Assembly (NCBI RefSeq): GCF_000497125.1
Contig: NC_090600.1
Coordinates: forward strand, 868,001 to 916,459
Direction: 5' to 3'
Length of the DNA stretch: 48,459 bases
Source of the DNA: Spironucleus salmonicida
Taxonomy: Eukaryota
Program-made: the position numbers and the translations under genes
Notes under the pieces: model-generated
Databases searched by the model: none
Told to the model about the DNA's origin: nothing
What the model saw: the letters and a program-made list of their open reading frames with translations, nothing else
In this document: positions 1 through 12,300 of the stretch, piece after piece
Layout: each line of letters opens with the position of its first letter
Position numbering within the stretch: position 1 is the stretch's first letter

Positions 1-192
1 TATATATAAATGCATTATTAATAATGATATAGTATCTTAATATACATTAATAATTTGACAATTCCAAACAAAAAAGTAACATTATTACAAGTAATAAAGT
101 ATATATTCATTACAAATATATTTCAGATAAGTAGTAACTGTCTATTCATTATACAAATGAGTAATAAAAGATAATTAATGAAATTTAGCTGA

Positions 193-1146
193 TCACTTGC
201 TAACAACATCATTTATGAAGAAGTTGAGCACAGCCATAGCAGACCAAAGTCTGTTACCAGCTTCAGTGTAGGCGATAGATTTAGGTCCATCCATTACACT
301 AGCAGTTTACTCATCACCACGTTAAGCAGGAAGGCAATTCATGAATACAGAGTTAGTAGCAGTAAGAGCCATAGCTTCGTCATTGATCTGGAAAGGCATG
401 AGGTGTTTATAACGTTCAGCCTTCTGATCTTTAGAGATGTGATAAGACATCCAAGAATCAGCATACATAATGTTAACACCAGCACAAGCTTTAATATCAT
501 GAGCGATGGTACATTTACCACCGGAAATACGGTTAAGAGTGGCTACTTCATCAATGACTTCCTAAACTGGGGAATAATCTTTATGATCAGGGCAAATAAC
601 AACCATTTCCATACCAAGCATGGCACAAGCACGCATAATATCATAGGTAACATTATTATAACAATCTCCAGAATAGCACATTCTAAGGCCCTTGAAGGAA
701 CCAAAATGCATCTTGATTGTCATGAAGTCACACACCATTTAAAGAGGATGCGCCCAATCATCAAGAGCATTGATACAAGGAACAGAGGCAAATTTTGCGA
801 GCTCAGTCATAGAAGCACGAGTGGGAAGACGGGCAGAAACGACGTCTACCATTCTGGAGATAACTTCAGCAGTATCCTACATGGTCTCTTTTACACCTAA
901 GTTAGAATTAGCACCTAATTCATAGTAAATGCAGTGACCACCGAGGTTTGTCATGGCAGTCTCAAGAGAAATACGAGTACGAAGAGAAGGCTTGGCAAAG
1001 AAGGCTAAAAGTTACTTGCCAGAGCAAGATTTTTGATATTTCTCTGGGTTAATCTTCATATCAATAGCAGTATCAATAAGGCGTTCAAACTCAGCAGGAG
1101 CAAGAGATGAGATAGTAAGAAGATGTCTGGTATTCTTGTAAGGCAT
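193..1146 (-). CDS. OTC: Ornithine carbamoyltransferase (arginine dihydrolase pathway), 317 aa
   Basis: With TAA/TAG=Gln: MPYKNTRHLLTIS...FAKPSLRT...HPLQMVCD...DSWMSY...FMNCLP...EAGNRLW...VVSK*. These are carbamoyltransferase motifs in the diplomonad-type form (SLRT, NCLP). Stop lies within AGTGA. Confidence 0.96.
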
Positions 1147-1881
1147 TGGGAAGTGGTGACCAAATCTAGAAAAAAGATTTAAGAATATTATTTGTTAAAT
1201 TATTAATCTCTATTATTTCCCCCTCCATTATGTTCAAAAATATATATAAATATACCATAATTATTCTACTTATTTTGTGATTTTCTTAAATATGTGAGTA
1301 TGCCTCAAAAATAGTTTTTAAATAATGACATATAAAAAAATATTACAATATTAGTAAAAACTAATATATTTTTTAATTAATAAGTTTGTTCAAATATCAT
1401 AAAGTCTGTATTGCTCAAATAATTATAACTAGACTAATAATCATTACTAATCTCCACAATATTATCTGCCACTGTATTATTACTTATAAATTTATTTATA
1501 TAATCTGTCATTGGGTTTTATATTATTAATTATTCATATCCTGTAACTTTTTAATGCACTATATATTTATTTTATAAATAATAGTAATCCTACTTCATAT
1601 TGGGTTTATATAAAAGTCATACATTTAAACATTAATATTAATTGCTTAAGTATGATAAACATAGAAGAGATATTTAATATACTTTCACATTGCAATATCA
1701 TCATCGCTCACTATGAACCACTTAACCTATAACGAATAATTACTAACCAAATACAATATTATTATCTTATATATAACTCCAAAACTATGTATATTCTAGA
1801 TCATTTATTAGTACGTAAATATACTGAATTTACAATGGTTAGTGGGGGAAAGTGTTTTTATCTGAATCAGATAATTAATTC

Positions 1882-3210
1882 TTTTCTGCCATGATATCCT
1901 CAATACTCCGATTGGAAGGTCCAGGTACTACTCACGCGCACTTAATAACGGTTGCTGCAGGATGGACATTCATAAAATGATTCCTTTCTAAATGCGTAAT
2001 AGATTCCAATACGAGTTATACTAAAAAATTAAAACCATAAAGAGGATATTTTTAACATATGAAAATACAACTACTAGATACATAATTGGTTCTGGAAACT
2101 AAAAAATGTTATATTTTACTTTCGATATATGCGGTAGATTAGTAGCAAGCCCTAATATTATTGAGTGCCTGCCACTGGTAATGCTACTACTATCAAGTAC
2201 CTAGGGTTAGTAGCTTTAGATAACTATCTAAAAATATGTATACACTAAGAAATCTGGAAATGTAACAAAAATAGCTACACTAATACCCGTCTTTACGTAT
2301 TCGCAACAATCCAGAAACACCCGAAGCTAAAATTTCGAATTTTAGCAAATATACATATGTATATTGTAAATATTCGTTTCGTAAAATTAACTATTCCCCC
2401 AATACTACTTAAGTTCTTTCAGAAACAGTTTCTGTAAAGAAGTAGTTTAAGGAAATATTATCATAAAATACGGTTATACTAATTTGTAATATGGTGAACC
2501 TTAAGCAAAAGGAAACTATCATCCCCAGTACACAACTAACAGAGTTTTCGTCCGTGAAGTCTCTAGCCCTCGCTTCAGTGAAGGCTGGAAACCTCAACAC
2601 CAGAAAGCTTGCCGAGATGGCTCCTGGGGCGAACCTGATGGAGGCAGCAGGTGATCTTGCAGCCTAGCACCGGGTGCTGGTATTCGCCCTACAGGTACTG
2701 GAAATGAACCTACCAAAATCTCAGCGAGAGCTCTGCGCGAGAATGATGCGGAACCTGACAGCAACCAGCACTACAAAGGCCTATCGCGCCATTCTGAGCC
2801 ATATAGAATATGCGTGAATTAACTTAACCTTCGTCGTGTACATGTGAGATTTTTACTTCACCTTATTCCACTTCAAAGGGGCCATAGATCTTGTCCGGAA
2901 TATTCGTATGTAATGAGAAGAGGTAAATATATAAATAAATATTGCATGCTTTAATTTTCATTGTAGTAATTCTATAGGATCCGGGAATCCAATCAAAATA
3001 CAGCACACATTAGCTTATAAGCGGAGGCCTGAGGTGAATCAAGTAGGTTGACCTAGCGGGCCTTAAATTTGGTGGGATCGAATCATGGTACCAGGACAAT
3101 CATGTGATAGAGGTATACTATTCCTGGTCCGGGGAGTAAATGCTTAACTAGGTACAGCTTGATGAGCCTTTCGCAAAGCTCTTGTAATACTGGCGGGTGG
3201 GCTTGCAATA
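1882..3210 (+). repeat. Left arm of a 1329-bp inverted repeat
   Basis: Reverse complement of 5588..6916. Both ends mapped (ttttctgccatgatat.../...gggcttgcaata); no mismatch seen where compared; the ORF track shows the same peptide at 2409..2600(-) and 6198..6389(+). Confidence 0.97.
2491..2817 (+). CDS. Hypothetical 108-aa protein inside the inverted-repeat arm
   Basis: ATG..TGA with one TAG=Gln: MVNLKQKETIIPSTQLTEFSSVKSLALAS...AYRAILSHIEYA*. GC-richer than its flanks. No family recognised. Confidence 0.6.
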
Positions 3211-3650
3211 ATATTGTAGAAGTATAGTGTTATAATTGTAATCCTGATTAATATCGAAAATATGTTGTTATATGCTACCTATAGAATAGTGTATAAACTA
3301 TGGATACCTTTTACTAGTTAAGTATGTAAATTATATAGAACCTATCATATAATTAAGATCCTATTGAGTATATAATATCGTTAGTTTTTCCTTTGGATAA
3401 ATATATCCAGCAATTTTTATAAGAATAAATACATTGAATTAGTGATTTTAATTTTGTTATTTATTATTAGCAGTGACTTAAAGATAATAATTGGGATATT
3501 ACTTACTAAAATCAATGTAATAGCGTAAATTTATGTGCAAATCTTTTTTAAACCTATTTTTATATGAGACATGTTTATGTTTAACTACTAATTATATAAT
3601 TATATAATATTGGTTAATATTACTTTTCAAACCACTCCAAATTTCATATA

Positions 3651-5243
3651 ATGAACTACGTTAAAGTTTCAGAGGCGTTTGAAAAATCAAAGACTATGGC
3701 AGCTCAACAGGCGGAAAATGAAATTCCATCACTAGCATAATTCATTGAGAAACGAGACTTTATTGGAGCTGTCACACTTCTTAATTTCTAAAAATAAACA
3801 AACACTGTTCCAGAAGGAATACATCCTGATTTATGGTTAGCGTATTGTCATTTTCACTTAGGAAACTCTGATGAGGCATTAAGAATCTATACTGAATTAA
3901 ATTAGTAAGAACCTCCTCCATAAGACCATAATTAGCTAGAACTTTATAAGGCAATATGTCTACTTTATTTAGGTAGAATGGACGAAGCTCGCTCAGTTGC
4001 AACTAAACTTCCTGCATCACCACTCTAAAACAGGTTATTATTTCATGCATGTTCTAGGTTATTAGATGAAGATTCATTATAATAATATCATTAGAAGCTC
4101 AAAAATATCTCTCCAGATTAGATGGCTCTTGCTGCGGTACATTTTTTGAGAACACATTATAACTAAGCACTTGAATGTTATGAAGAGGTATTAGCAGTAT
4201 AATAGGAATATTATGCTATATATATGCATATGGCACTTTGTTTTTATAAATTAGGCGAATATGAGAGATGTGAAGAATAGTTATAAAATTATAGAGATCA
4301 TGCTGACGATTCATTTACTTCTATTAATCTCTTGGCAGCTACTAAATTTAAGATGGGAAAATTAAAAGAAGCTAATTAACTCTTAGACTAGATGAAAAAT
4401 GATCATTCTATATCTGAATTACCATAATTTAAGCATAATAAATGTCTGTATTCTGGTTTAAATGCAGCCACTCATATTCTTTAAACATTAACATCTGCAG
4501 TACCTGAAGCACGCGCTAATCTTTTACGTCTTTATATTGAGTAACGCTAGTATAAGGCAGCATATGATTTAATGTAGAATTTTGAACCAGCGGTATCTTA
4601 AGAATATTGTTTGAAAGCGGCTGGATTCGCCTATTTAGGACAACATACTACTGATATGGAAGCTTTAACATATGCTAGAGCAGCGTATGCAACTGTGGGT
4701 TAATCTGATGCAGATAAAGATACTCTATTAGGTCGTCGTTCTATGGCTGCAGCTTACTTTTTAGATGGAGAATTTGATGATGCCGCAGTTTATTATGATT
4801 CGATCGCCGAGATACCTAAAGAATCAGAAGAATAATTTGATCTCAATTATGGTCTCACATTAGCAGCAATAGGAAAAGATGATTAAGCTCTGGAATTCCT
4901 TGCCAGACAGATTAATTCACCATATTTTACATTAATCCATAAACAATGGCTTGCTAGATTATTTATTCGCTCAAAACGTGCTAAAATGGCATTTGAACTA
5001 TATTAAAAAAGCGAATCAAACAATCCAAGAACTGCACAGTTATTGAGAATCATTGCTCATGAATGTTTTGCAGTAGGTGAATTTAAATTAAGTGCTGAAG
5101 CAAGTAAAATTTTAATTAAAATAGATTCTGCTAGCGAGAACTTAAATGAATATAAAACGATGTTTAGAGCAGCTATGGCAGCGAGCACTTTAAAAGAGAG
5201 AGGTAAAAAAGTAACGCCACCTAAAATGGTTATGGAAGAGTGA
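3651..5243 (+). CDS. IFT56: Intraflagellar transport protein IFT56 / TTC26 / DYF-13 (TPR protein), 530 aa
   Basis: IPSLAQFIEKRDFIGAVTLL, LWLAYCHFHLG, LQNRLLFH, QMALAAVHFLRTHYNQA, PEARANL, DKDTLLGRRSMAA match TTC26 blocks. Upstream ACCACTCCAA; stop in AGTGA. Confidence 0.9.
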
Positions 5244-5587
5244 TGGAAATACTATTTTAGTCAAAGTATTTAAAGTTGTAATTTTAAAATGAAACATCGG
5301 TATTTAGATATTATATGTAATTTTAATTTAATTCATGCTTGATTTTTCTAAAAATCTAGAAAATTAAGTATTGAAAATCATTTTTATATACTATATATTT
5401 TATATCTCAATTAATTAAATTAAAATACTGATAAATCTAATGTTAGTTATGACGGTAAAAAATTATCTCTATATATATTTTATAAAATGACATTATAAGT
5501 GTTACTATACTAACTTTATAGGAATATGATAATAGTATTATATTCTCATAAAACAGGGATTAATAGTTATTATTTATCATGTTATTG

Positions 5588-6916
5588 TATTGCAAGCCCA
5601 CCCGCCAGTATTACAAGAGCTTTGCGAAAGGCTCATCAAGCTGTACCTAGTTAAGCATTTACTCCCCGGACCAGGAATAGTATACCTCTATCACATGATT
5701 GTCCTGGTACCATGATTCGATCCCACCAAATTTAAGGCCCGCTAGGTCAACCTACTTGATTCACCTCAGGCCTCCGCTTATAAGCTAATGTGTGCTGTAT
5801 TTTGATTGGATTCCCGGATCCTATAGAATTACTACAATGAAAATTAAAGCATGCAATATTTATTTATATATTTACCTCTTCTCATTACATACGAATATTC
5901 CGGACAAGATCTATGGCCCCTTTGAAGTGGAATAAGGTGAAGTAAAAATCTCACATGTACACGACGAAGGTTAAGTTAATTCACGCATATTCTATATGGC
6001 TCAGAATGGCGCGATAGGCCTTTGTAGTGCTGGTTGCTGTCAGGTTCCGCATCATTCTCGCGCAGAGCTCTCGCTGAGATTTTGGTAGGTTCATTTCCAG
6101 TACCTGTAGGGCGAATACCAGCACCCGGTGCTAGGCTGCAAGATCACCTGCTGCCTCCATCAGGTTCGCCCCAGGAGCCATCTCGGCAAGCTTTCTGGTG
6201 TTGAGGTTTCCAGCCTTCACTGAAGCGAGGGCTAGAGACTTCACGGACGAAAACTCTGTTAGTTGTGTACTGGGGATGATAGTTTCCTTTTGCTTAAGGT
6301 TCACCATATTACAAATTAGTATAACCGTATTTTATGATAATATTTCCTTAAACTACTTCTTTACAGAAACTGTTTCTGAAAGAACTTAAGTAGTATTGGG
6401 GGAATAGTTAATTTTACGAAACGAATATTTACAATATACATATGTATATTTGCTAAAATTCGAAATTTTAGCTTCGGGTGTTTCTGGATTGTTGCGAATA
6501 CGTAAAGACGGGTATTAGTGTAGCTATTTTTGTTACATTTCCAGATTTCTTAGTGTATACATATTTTTAGATAGTTATCTAAAGCTACTAACCCTAGGTA
6601 CTTGATAGTAGTAGCATTACCAGTGGCAGGCACTCAATAATATTAGGGCTTGCTACTAATCTACCGCATATATCGAAAGTAAAATATAACATTTTTTAGT
6701 TTCCAGAACCAATTATGTATCTAGTAGTTGTATTTTCATATGTTAAAAATATCCTCTTTATGGTTTTAATTTTTTAGTATAACTCGTATTGGAATCTATT
6801 ACGCATTTAGAAAGGAATCATTTTATGAATGTCCATCCTGCAGCAACCGTTATTAAGTGCGCGTGAGTAGTACCTGGACCTTCCAATCGGAGTATTGAGG
6901 ATATCATGGCAGAAAA
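5588..6916 (-). repeat. Right arm of the 1329-bp inverted repeat
   Basis: Reverse complement of 1882..3210. Confidence 0.97.
5981..6307 (-). CDS. Second copy of the 108-aa hypothetical protein
   Basis: Mirror image of 2491..2817. Confidence 0.6.
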
Positions 6917-8426
6917 ATACAATAAGACATACGGTTATCCTTGTATAAAAGATTCGATAATGTTTTTAGAAATAATCATATTTATTCATGTTTATCAGTA
7001 TAAGAACTATGCTCTTGGCAAAAATATAAATAATAAATATTTTCTAAAATAGTTAACTGTAATCATAAAATCTTAACTTAGCTAAGGATCTTTTACATTT
7101 TAATTTAAACATATTGGATTATTTTTTAGTAATTTAATAATTATTTCTAATATAACAGTAGAAATTAATAAACAGATAAAATTTGTTATCTAATATAGTT
7201 ACTGAAAAGCATTGATAAATAATACTAAAAAAAGTTCTCTTATAATAGATTTGGTTTAATTAATTTATATAATAATATTATAAGTGCTACATATAGATAC
7301 ATAAATATCAACAACTTTGTATTTTTTAACATTTAATAGTATTGCAGTATCTTAAGGAAATTGCATCTTTTAAATTAGTCTTAACAAGGAAAATCAGTGT
7401 ATATAATTTATGATACTTAATTCCGATAGTTATTAACTATTTTTATTAAATAATCTTAATATTAATAACAATTAAATTCCTAATATTCGTTTGAGCTTTT
7501 ATGTAGTAAGTACAACTATGAAAAGTAATTATTTATTAAAATGGAATCCTACTAGTAGTTATATATTAAGTAAAGGTCAAAATAATAAATTTAACAATTA
7601 TAGTAGAAATAAATTAACAATTTGTTGTTTACTTAATTTATGATTCAGATATAAGTATTTATTGCCTAATAATAAGATTTATACAGTATTAGTTTTTATT
7701 GATAATTATAAATGGAAAGCTTCTATACATTACTACTAGTTAATTCCAACTTTTTAGTTAAATTTATATTTAGCAAATAATCAGACAATGACTTGAATAC
7801 AAATGCTAGATAGTCAATCTAAGGAATTTGTTCATATACACATCAAATAATTTTAGATTAACATATATAAAATTATGAATAATAGCTAAAGGTATTGTAA
7901 TTCCTTTTTAAGAAACATTATATAAAATAAGTCTTGTTAATATCCTGAATCTATAATAAATAAAATTAAAATTTATATCATAGAAGTCTGTTAATTTTTT
8001 ATACTCTTTTATGTCTTTATATATATAATAATTGATATTTTGTTAATAAACCTCAAAACATTAAAATAGTCTAAATGTCTATATTTTATATATAAAACTA
8101 TTATCTATTGAAAATAATAAGTACTATGTTTAGTATAAAAAATAGCGACAAAGGTTTATTTAAAATAAAAATAATAATATTATATATGAGTTGAAAAACG
8201 ATAAATTTCTATTTTATACATATATCCAAAATAATACATAACTGTCGTAGAATTTTGCTGTCCGCAAAAACTAGTTTTTATTTTATAAGGAAACTATATA
8301 ATCTAATTATAGTAATCTAAAAAAACTAAAATATTAAGATATTGTTTTCCTATCATTATTTTTTTGGTAATATACTAAGTTTTCATTAACTATATTTAAA
8401 ATATATAACAGTCTCTATTATTTTTA

Positions 8427-8711
8427 ATGAACTTCGAAATAGAAAAAGAGTTTGCAATACGCAGCATTTTAAAAAATGATACTGATATTGAGTTCCTTCA
8501 AAGTGTTATATAAAATACGTCTAAAGCTGATATTGAAGCCTATATTTCAGAAAGAATCGATTATAGTTATATTATTAATTTCGCTCATAATTTGCTTCAA
8601 AGAAATCCCACTGATTAGGAAAGAAAGGTTTTTAGCAAAATGTTGCTATATTTAAACGAGGATAGTACTGTTTAAGCGTATGCTGAAATTTGTAAGTATT
8701 TGAACGATTGA
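8427..8711 (+). CDS. Hypothetical protein, 94 aa
   Basis: MNFEIEKEFAIRSILKNDTDIEFLQSV...AEICKYLND*; protein-like composition within an AT-rich background. Confidence 0.6.
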
Positions 8712-9330
8712 ATATATATTATATGTTAATATCTATCTTAATATATTAAATAGTAAAATTCAACTTTATGTGTAATAAATAAAATTAATATTATACTAAT
8801 TTAATAAATAAGAAATAGATAACTAAAATATATTATCATTTACGATTTAACGTGGAAATGTAATGTGAATTAAGGAAATCATATTATATTCTATATCAAT
8901 GAGATCTTACTTTTCTTAAATTATAGGAAAATCTTAGTTTTTAAATAGAATCAACTTATTTTAGATAAATATGTTTTACCATAAGAAAACTACTAATAAT
9001 GTGATTTACTATATAGAAACAAGTTTCTTAACTAAACTTAATAATGTTAAAATTTAGAAGCTACAATTTTTCACATAAAGTAATTAAAATAGAATTTATA
9101 TTTGATTTGAATAACTTAATTCTTAAAAAACTATAGACTTAAGCATATATAACATAAAGCTAGATTTCAAATAGTAATTTAGTATCTAAATTCCTAAAAA
9201 CATAATAAACAAACATTTTATATAACTCAATTTTAATAATCTAATATATATTTAAGCAGGCTTATAAAAACTAATAATAGATTCAAATTTATATTTATTA
9301 TATAACAAAATTTATATAACTAAAATAAAA

Positions 9331-12300
9331 ATGGATCATATTTATTCTATCCTAGATATAAAACCAGTTCTAGGGCAACATCGAGTTAAATAATTAACTG
9401 ATGGCATTCATCCATAATTTATATAAGTTCACGGGAATAATAAAAGAGTATGGCCAGAGTATCAGTCAACTAAAGTTTAAGCGCCAAATATTACTAAAAT
9501 AAAAAAATCGAATTCCAAATTAAAAAATTCAAACCCCAATCTAATATAGCAATAAATTGACAATTAACCCAAATCTCTTCTTATTAAAAAGTAAAAATCG
9601 TTAATTCCTGATCTTCCATAAGACTTTAATAAATCTAAAAATATTGGATAGACTAAGATACCATTATTTTCCAATACAATTAAATACCAGTAAACTTTTC
9701 AAAAAACACTAAAGGTAGATGATTTATAAATTGATTAACCATTATCAGAAGGTGATTTTGCAGATATGAGAAGTTAAGGTCAGAAGTTTTTCAAAGATAT
9801 AGAGGAGAGTTGGTAGTTTTAGGGACATGAATTAGGACTGTCTCGCAAAATTATATCTGATAATTTAGTCGGTTAATCATCATTGGAGTAAATCAAAATT
9901 TAGCCACAATTAGCATCTAAAGGATTAGTAAGTGACAGTGATGATATCAGCAATAGCTTATATGATAATAGTTAAGCGAATTAGAAAGAAAATGAAGGTA
10001 AAATATATTTATCCAGAGATATTACCGCTGGTACCGAGACTGATCTGAGCTAATCTGGTGGGTGTGCTGCCGCTGGTACCGAGACTGATCTGAACTAATC
10101 AGCTAGACGTGCTGCCGCTGGTACCGAGACTGATCTGAACTAATCAGCTAGACGTGCTACCGCTGGTACCGAGACTGATCTGAGCTAATCTGGTGGGTGT
10201 GCGGCCGCTGGTACCGAGACTGATCTGAGCTAATCAGCTAAACGTGCTACCGCTGGTACCGAGACTGATATGGACGAATCAGCTAGACGTGCTACCGCTG
10301 GTACCGAGACTGATCTGAGCTAATCTGGTGGGTGTGCTGCCGCTGGTACCGAGACTGATCTGAGCTAATCAGCTAGACGTGCTACCGCTGGTACCGAGAC
10401 TGATCTGAGCTAATCTGGTGGGTGTGCTGCCGCTGGTACCGAGACTGATCTGAACGAATCAGCTAGACGTGCTGCCGCTGGTACCGAGACTGATATGAAC
10501 GAATCAGCTAAACGTGCTACCGCTGGTACCGAGACTGATCTGAACGAATCAGCTAGACGTGCTGCCGCTGGTACCGAGACTGATATGAACGAATCAGCTA
10601 AACGTGCTACCGCTGGTACCGAGACTGATCTGAACTAATCAGCTAGACGTGCTGCCGCTGGTACCGAGACTGATCTGAACGAATCAGCTAGACGTGCTGC
10701 CGCTGGTACCGAGACTGATATGAACGAATCAGCTAAACGTGCTACCGCTGGTACCGAGACTGATCTGAACTAATCAGCTAGACGTGCGGCCGCTGGTACC
10801 GAGACTGATCTGAACGAATCAGCTAGACGTGCTACCGCTGGTACCGGGACTGATCTGAGCTAATCAGCTAAACGTGCTACCGCTGGTACCGAGACTGATC
10901 TGAACTAATCAGCTAGACGTGCGGCCGCTGGTACCGAGACTGATCTGAACGAATCAGCTAGACGTGCTACCGCTGGTACCGGGACTGATCTGAGCTAATC
11001 AGCTAAACGTGCTACCGCTGGTACCGAGACTGATCTGAACGAATCAGCTAGACGTGCTACCGCTGGTACCGAGACTGATCTGAGCTAATCAGCTAGACGT
11101 GCGGCCGCTGGTACCGAGACTGATCTGAGCTAATCAGCTAAACGTGCTACCGCTGGTACCGAGACTGATCTGAACTAATCAGCTAGACGTGCGGCCGCTG
11201 GTACCGAGACTGATCTGAGCTAATCTGGTAGACGTGCTGCCGCTGGTACCGAGACTGATCTGAGCTAATCAGCTAGACGTGCTGCCGCTGGTACCGGGAC
11301 TGATCTGAGCTAATCAGCTAGACGTGCGGCCGCTGGTACCGAGACTGATCTGAGCTAATCAGCTAAACGTGCTACCGCTGGTACCGAGACTGATCTGAAC
11401 TAATCAGCTAGACGTGCGGCCGCTGGTACCGAGACTGATCTGAGCTAATCTGGTGGGTGTGCGGCCGCTGGTACCGAGACTGATCTGAACGAATCAGCTA
11501 GACGTGCTGCCGCTGGTACCGAGACTGATCTGAGCTAATCTGGTGGGCGTGCTACCGCTGGTACCGAGACTGATCTGAGCTAATCTGGTGGGCGTGCTAC
11601 CGCTGGTACCGAGACTGATCTGAGCTAATCTGGTGGGCGTGCTACCGCTGGTACCGAGACTGATCTGAGCTAATCTGGTGGGCGTGCTACCGCTGGTACC
11701 GAGACTGATATGAACTAATCAGCTAGACGTGCTGCCGCTGGTACCGAGACTGATCTGAACGAATCAGCTAGACGTGCTACCGCTGGTACCGAGACTGATC
11801 TGAGCTAATCTGGTGGGCGTGCTACCGCTGGTACCGAGACTGATCTGAGCTAATCTGGTGGGCGTGCTACCGCTGGTACCGAGACTGATATGAACTAATC
11901 AGCTAGACGTGCTGCCGCTGGTACCGAGACTGATCTGAGCTAATCTGGTGGGCGTGCTACCGCTGGTACCGAGACTGATCTGAGCTAATCTGGTGGGTGT
12001 GCGGCCGCTGGTACCGAGACTGATCTGAACGAATCAGCTAGACGTGCTACCGCTGGTACCGAGACTGATCTGAGCTAATCTGGTGGGCGTGCTACCGCTG
12101 GTACCGAGACTGATCTGAGCTAATCTGGTGGGTGTGCGGCCGCTGGTACCGAGACTGATCTGAACTAATCAGCTAGACGTGCGGCCGCTGGTACCGAGAC
12201 TGATCTGAGCTAATCTGGTGGGTGTGCGGCCGCTGGTACCGAGACTGATCTGAACGAATCAGCTAGACGTGCTGCCGCTGGTACCGAGACTGATCTGAAC

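Noticed and set aside
403-900. 165-aa + strand ORF, and similar antisense/off-frame ORFs at 24751-25161 and 35030-38640
   Set aside because: Shadows of real genes on the opposite strand or in another frame.
3155-3185. Hammerhead ribozyme (ttgatgag followed by a hairpin)
   Set aside because: Core is UUGAUGA not CUGAUGA, and no GAAA follows stem II.
1882-6916. Autonomous DNA transposon call
   Set aside because: No transposase or recombinase motif and no target-site duplication seen; kept only as an inverted repeat.
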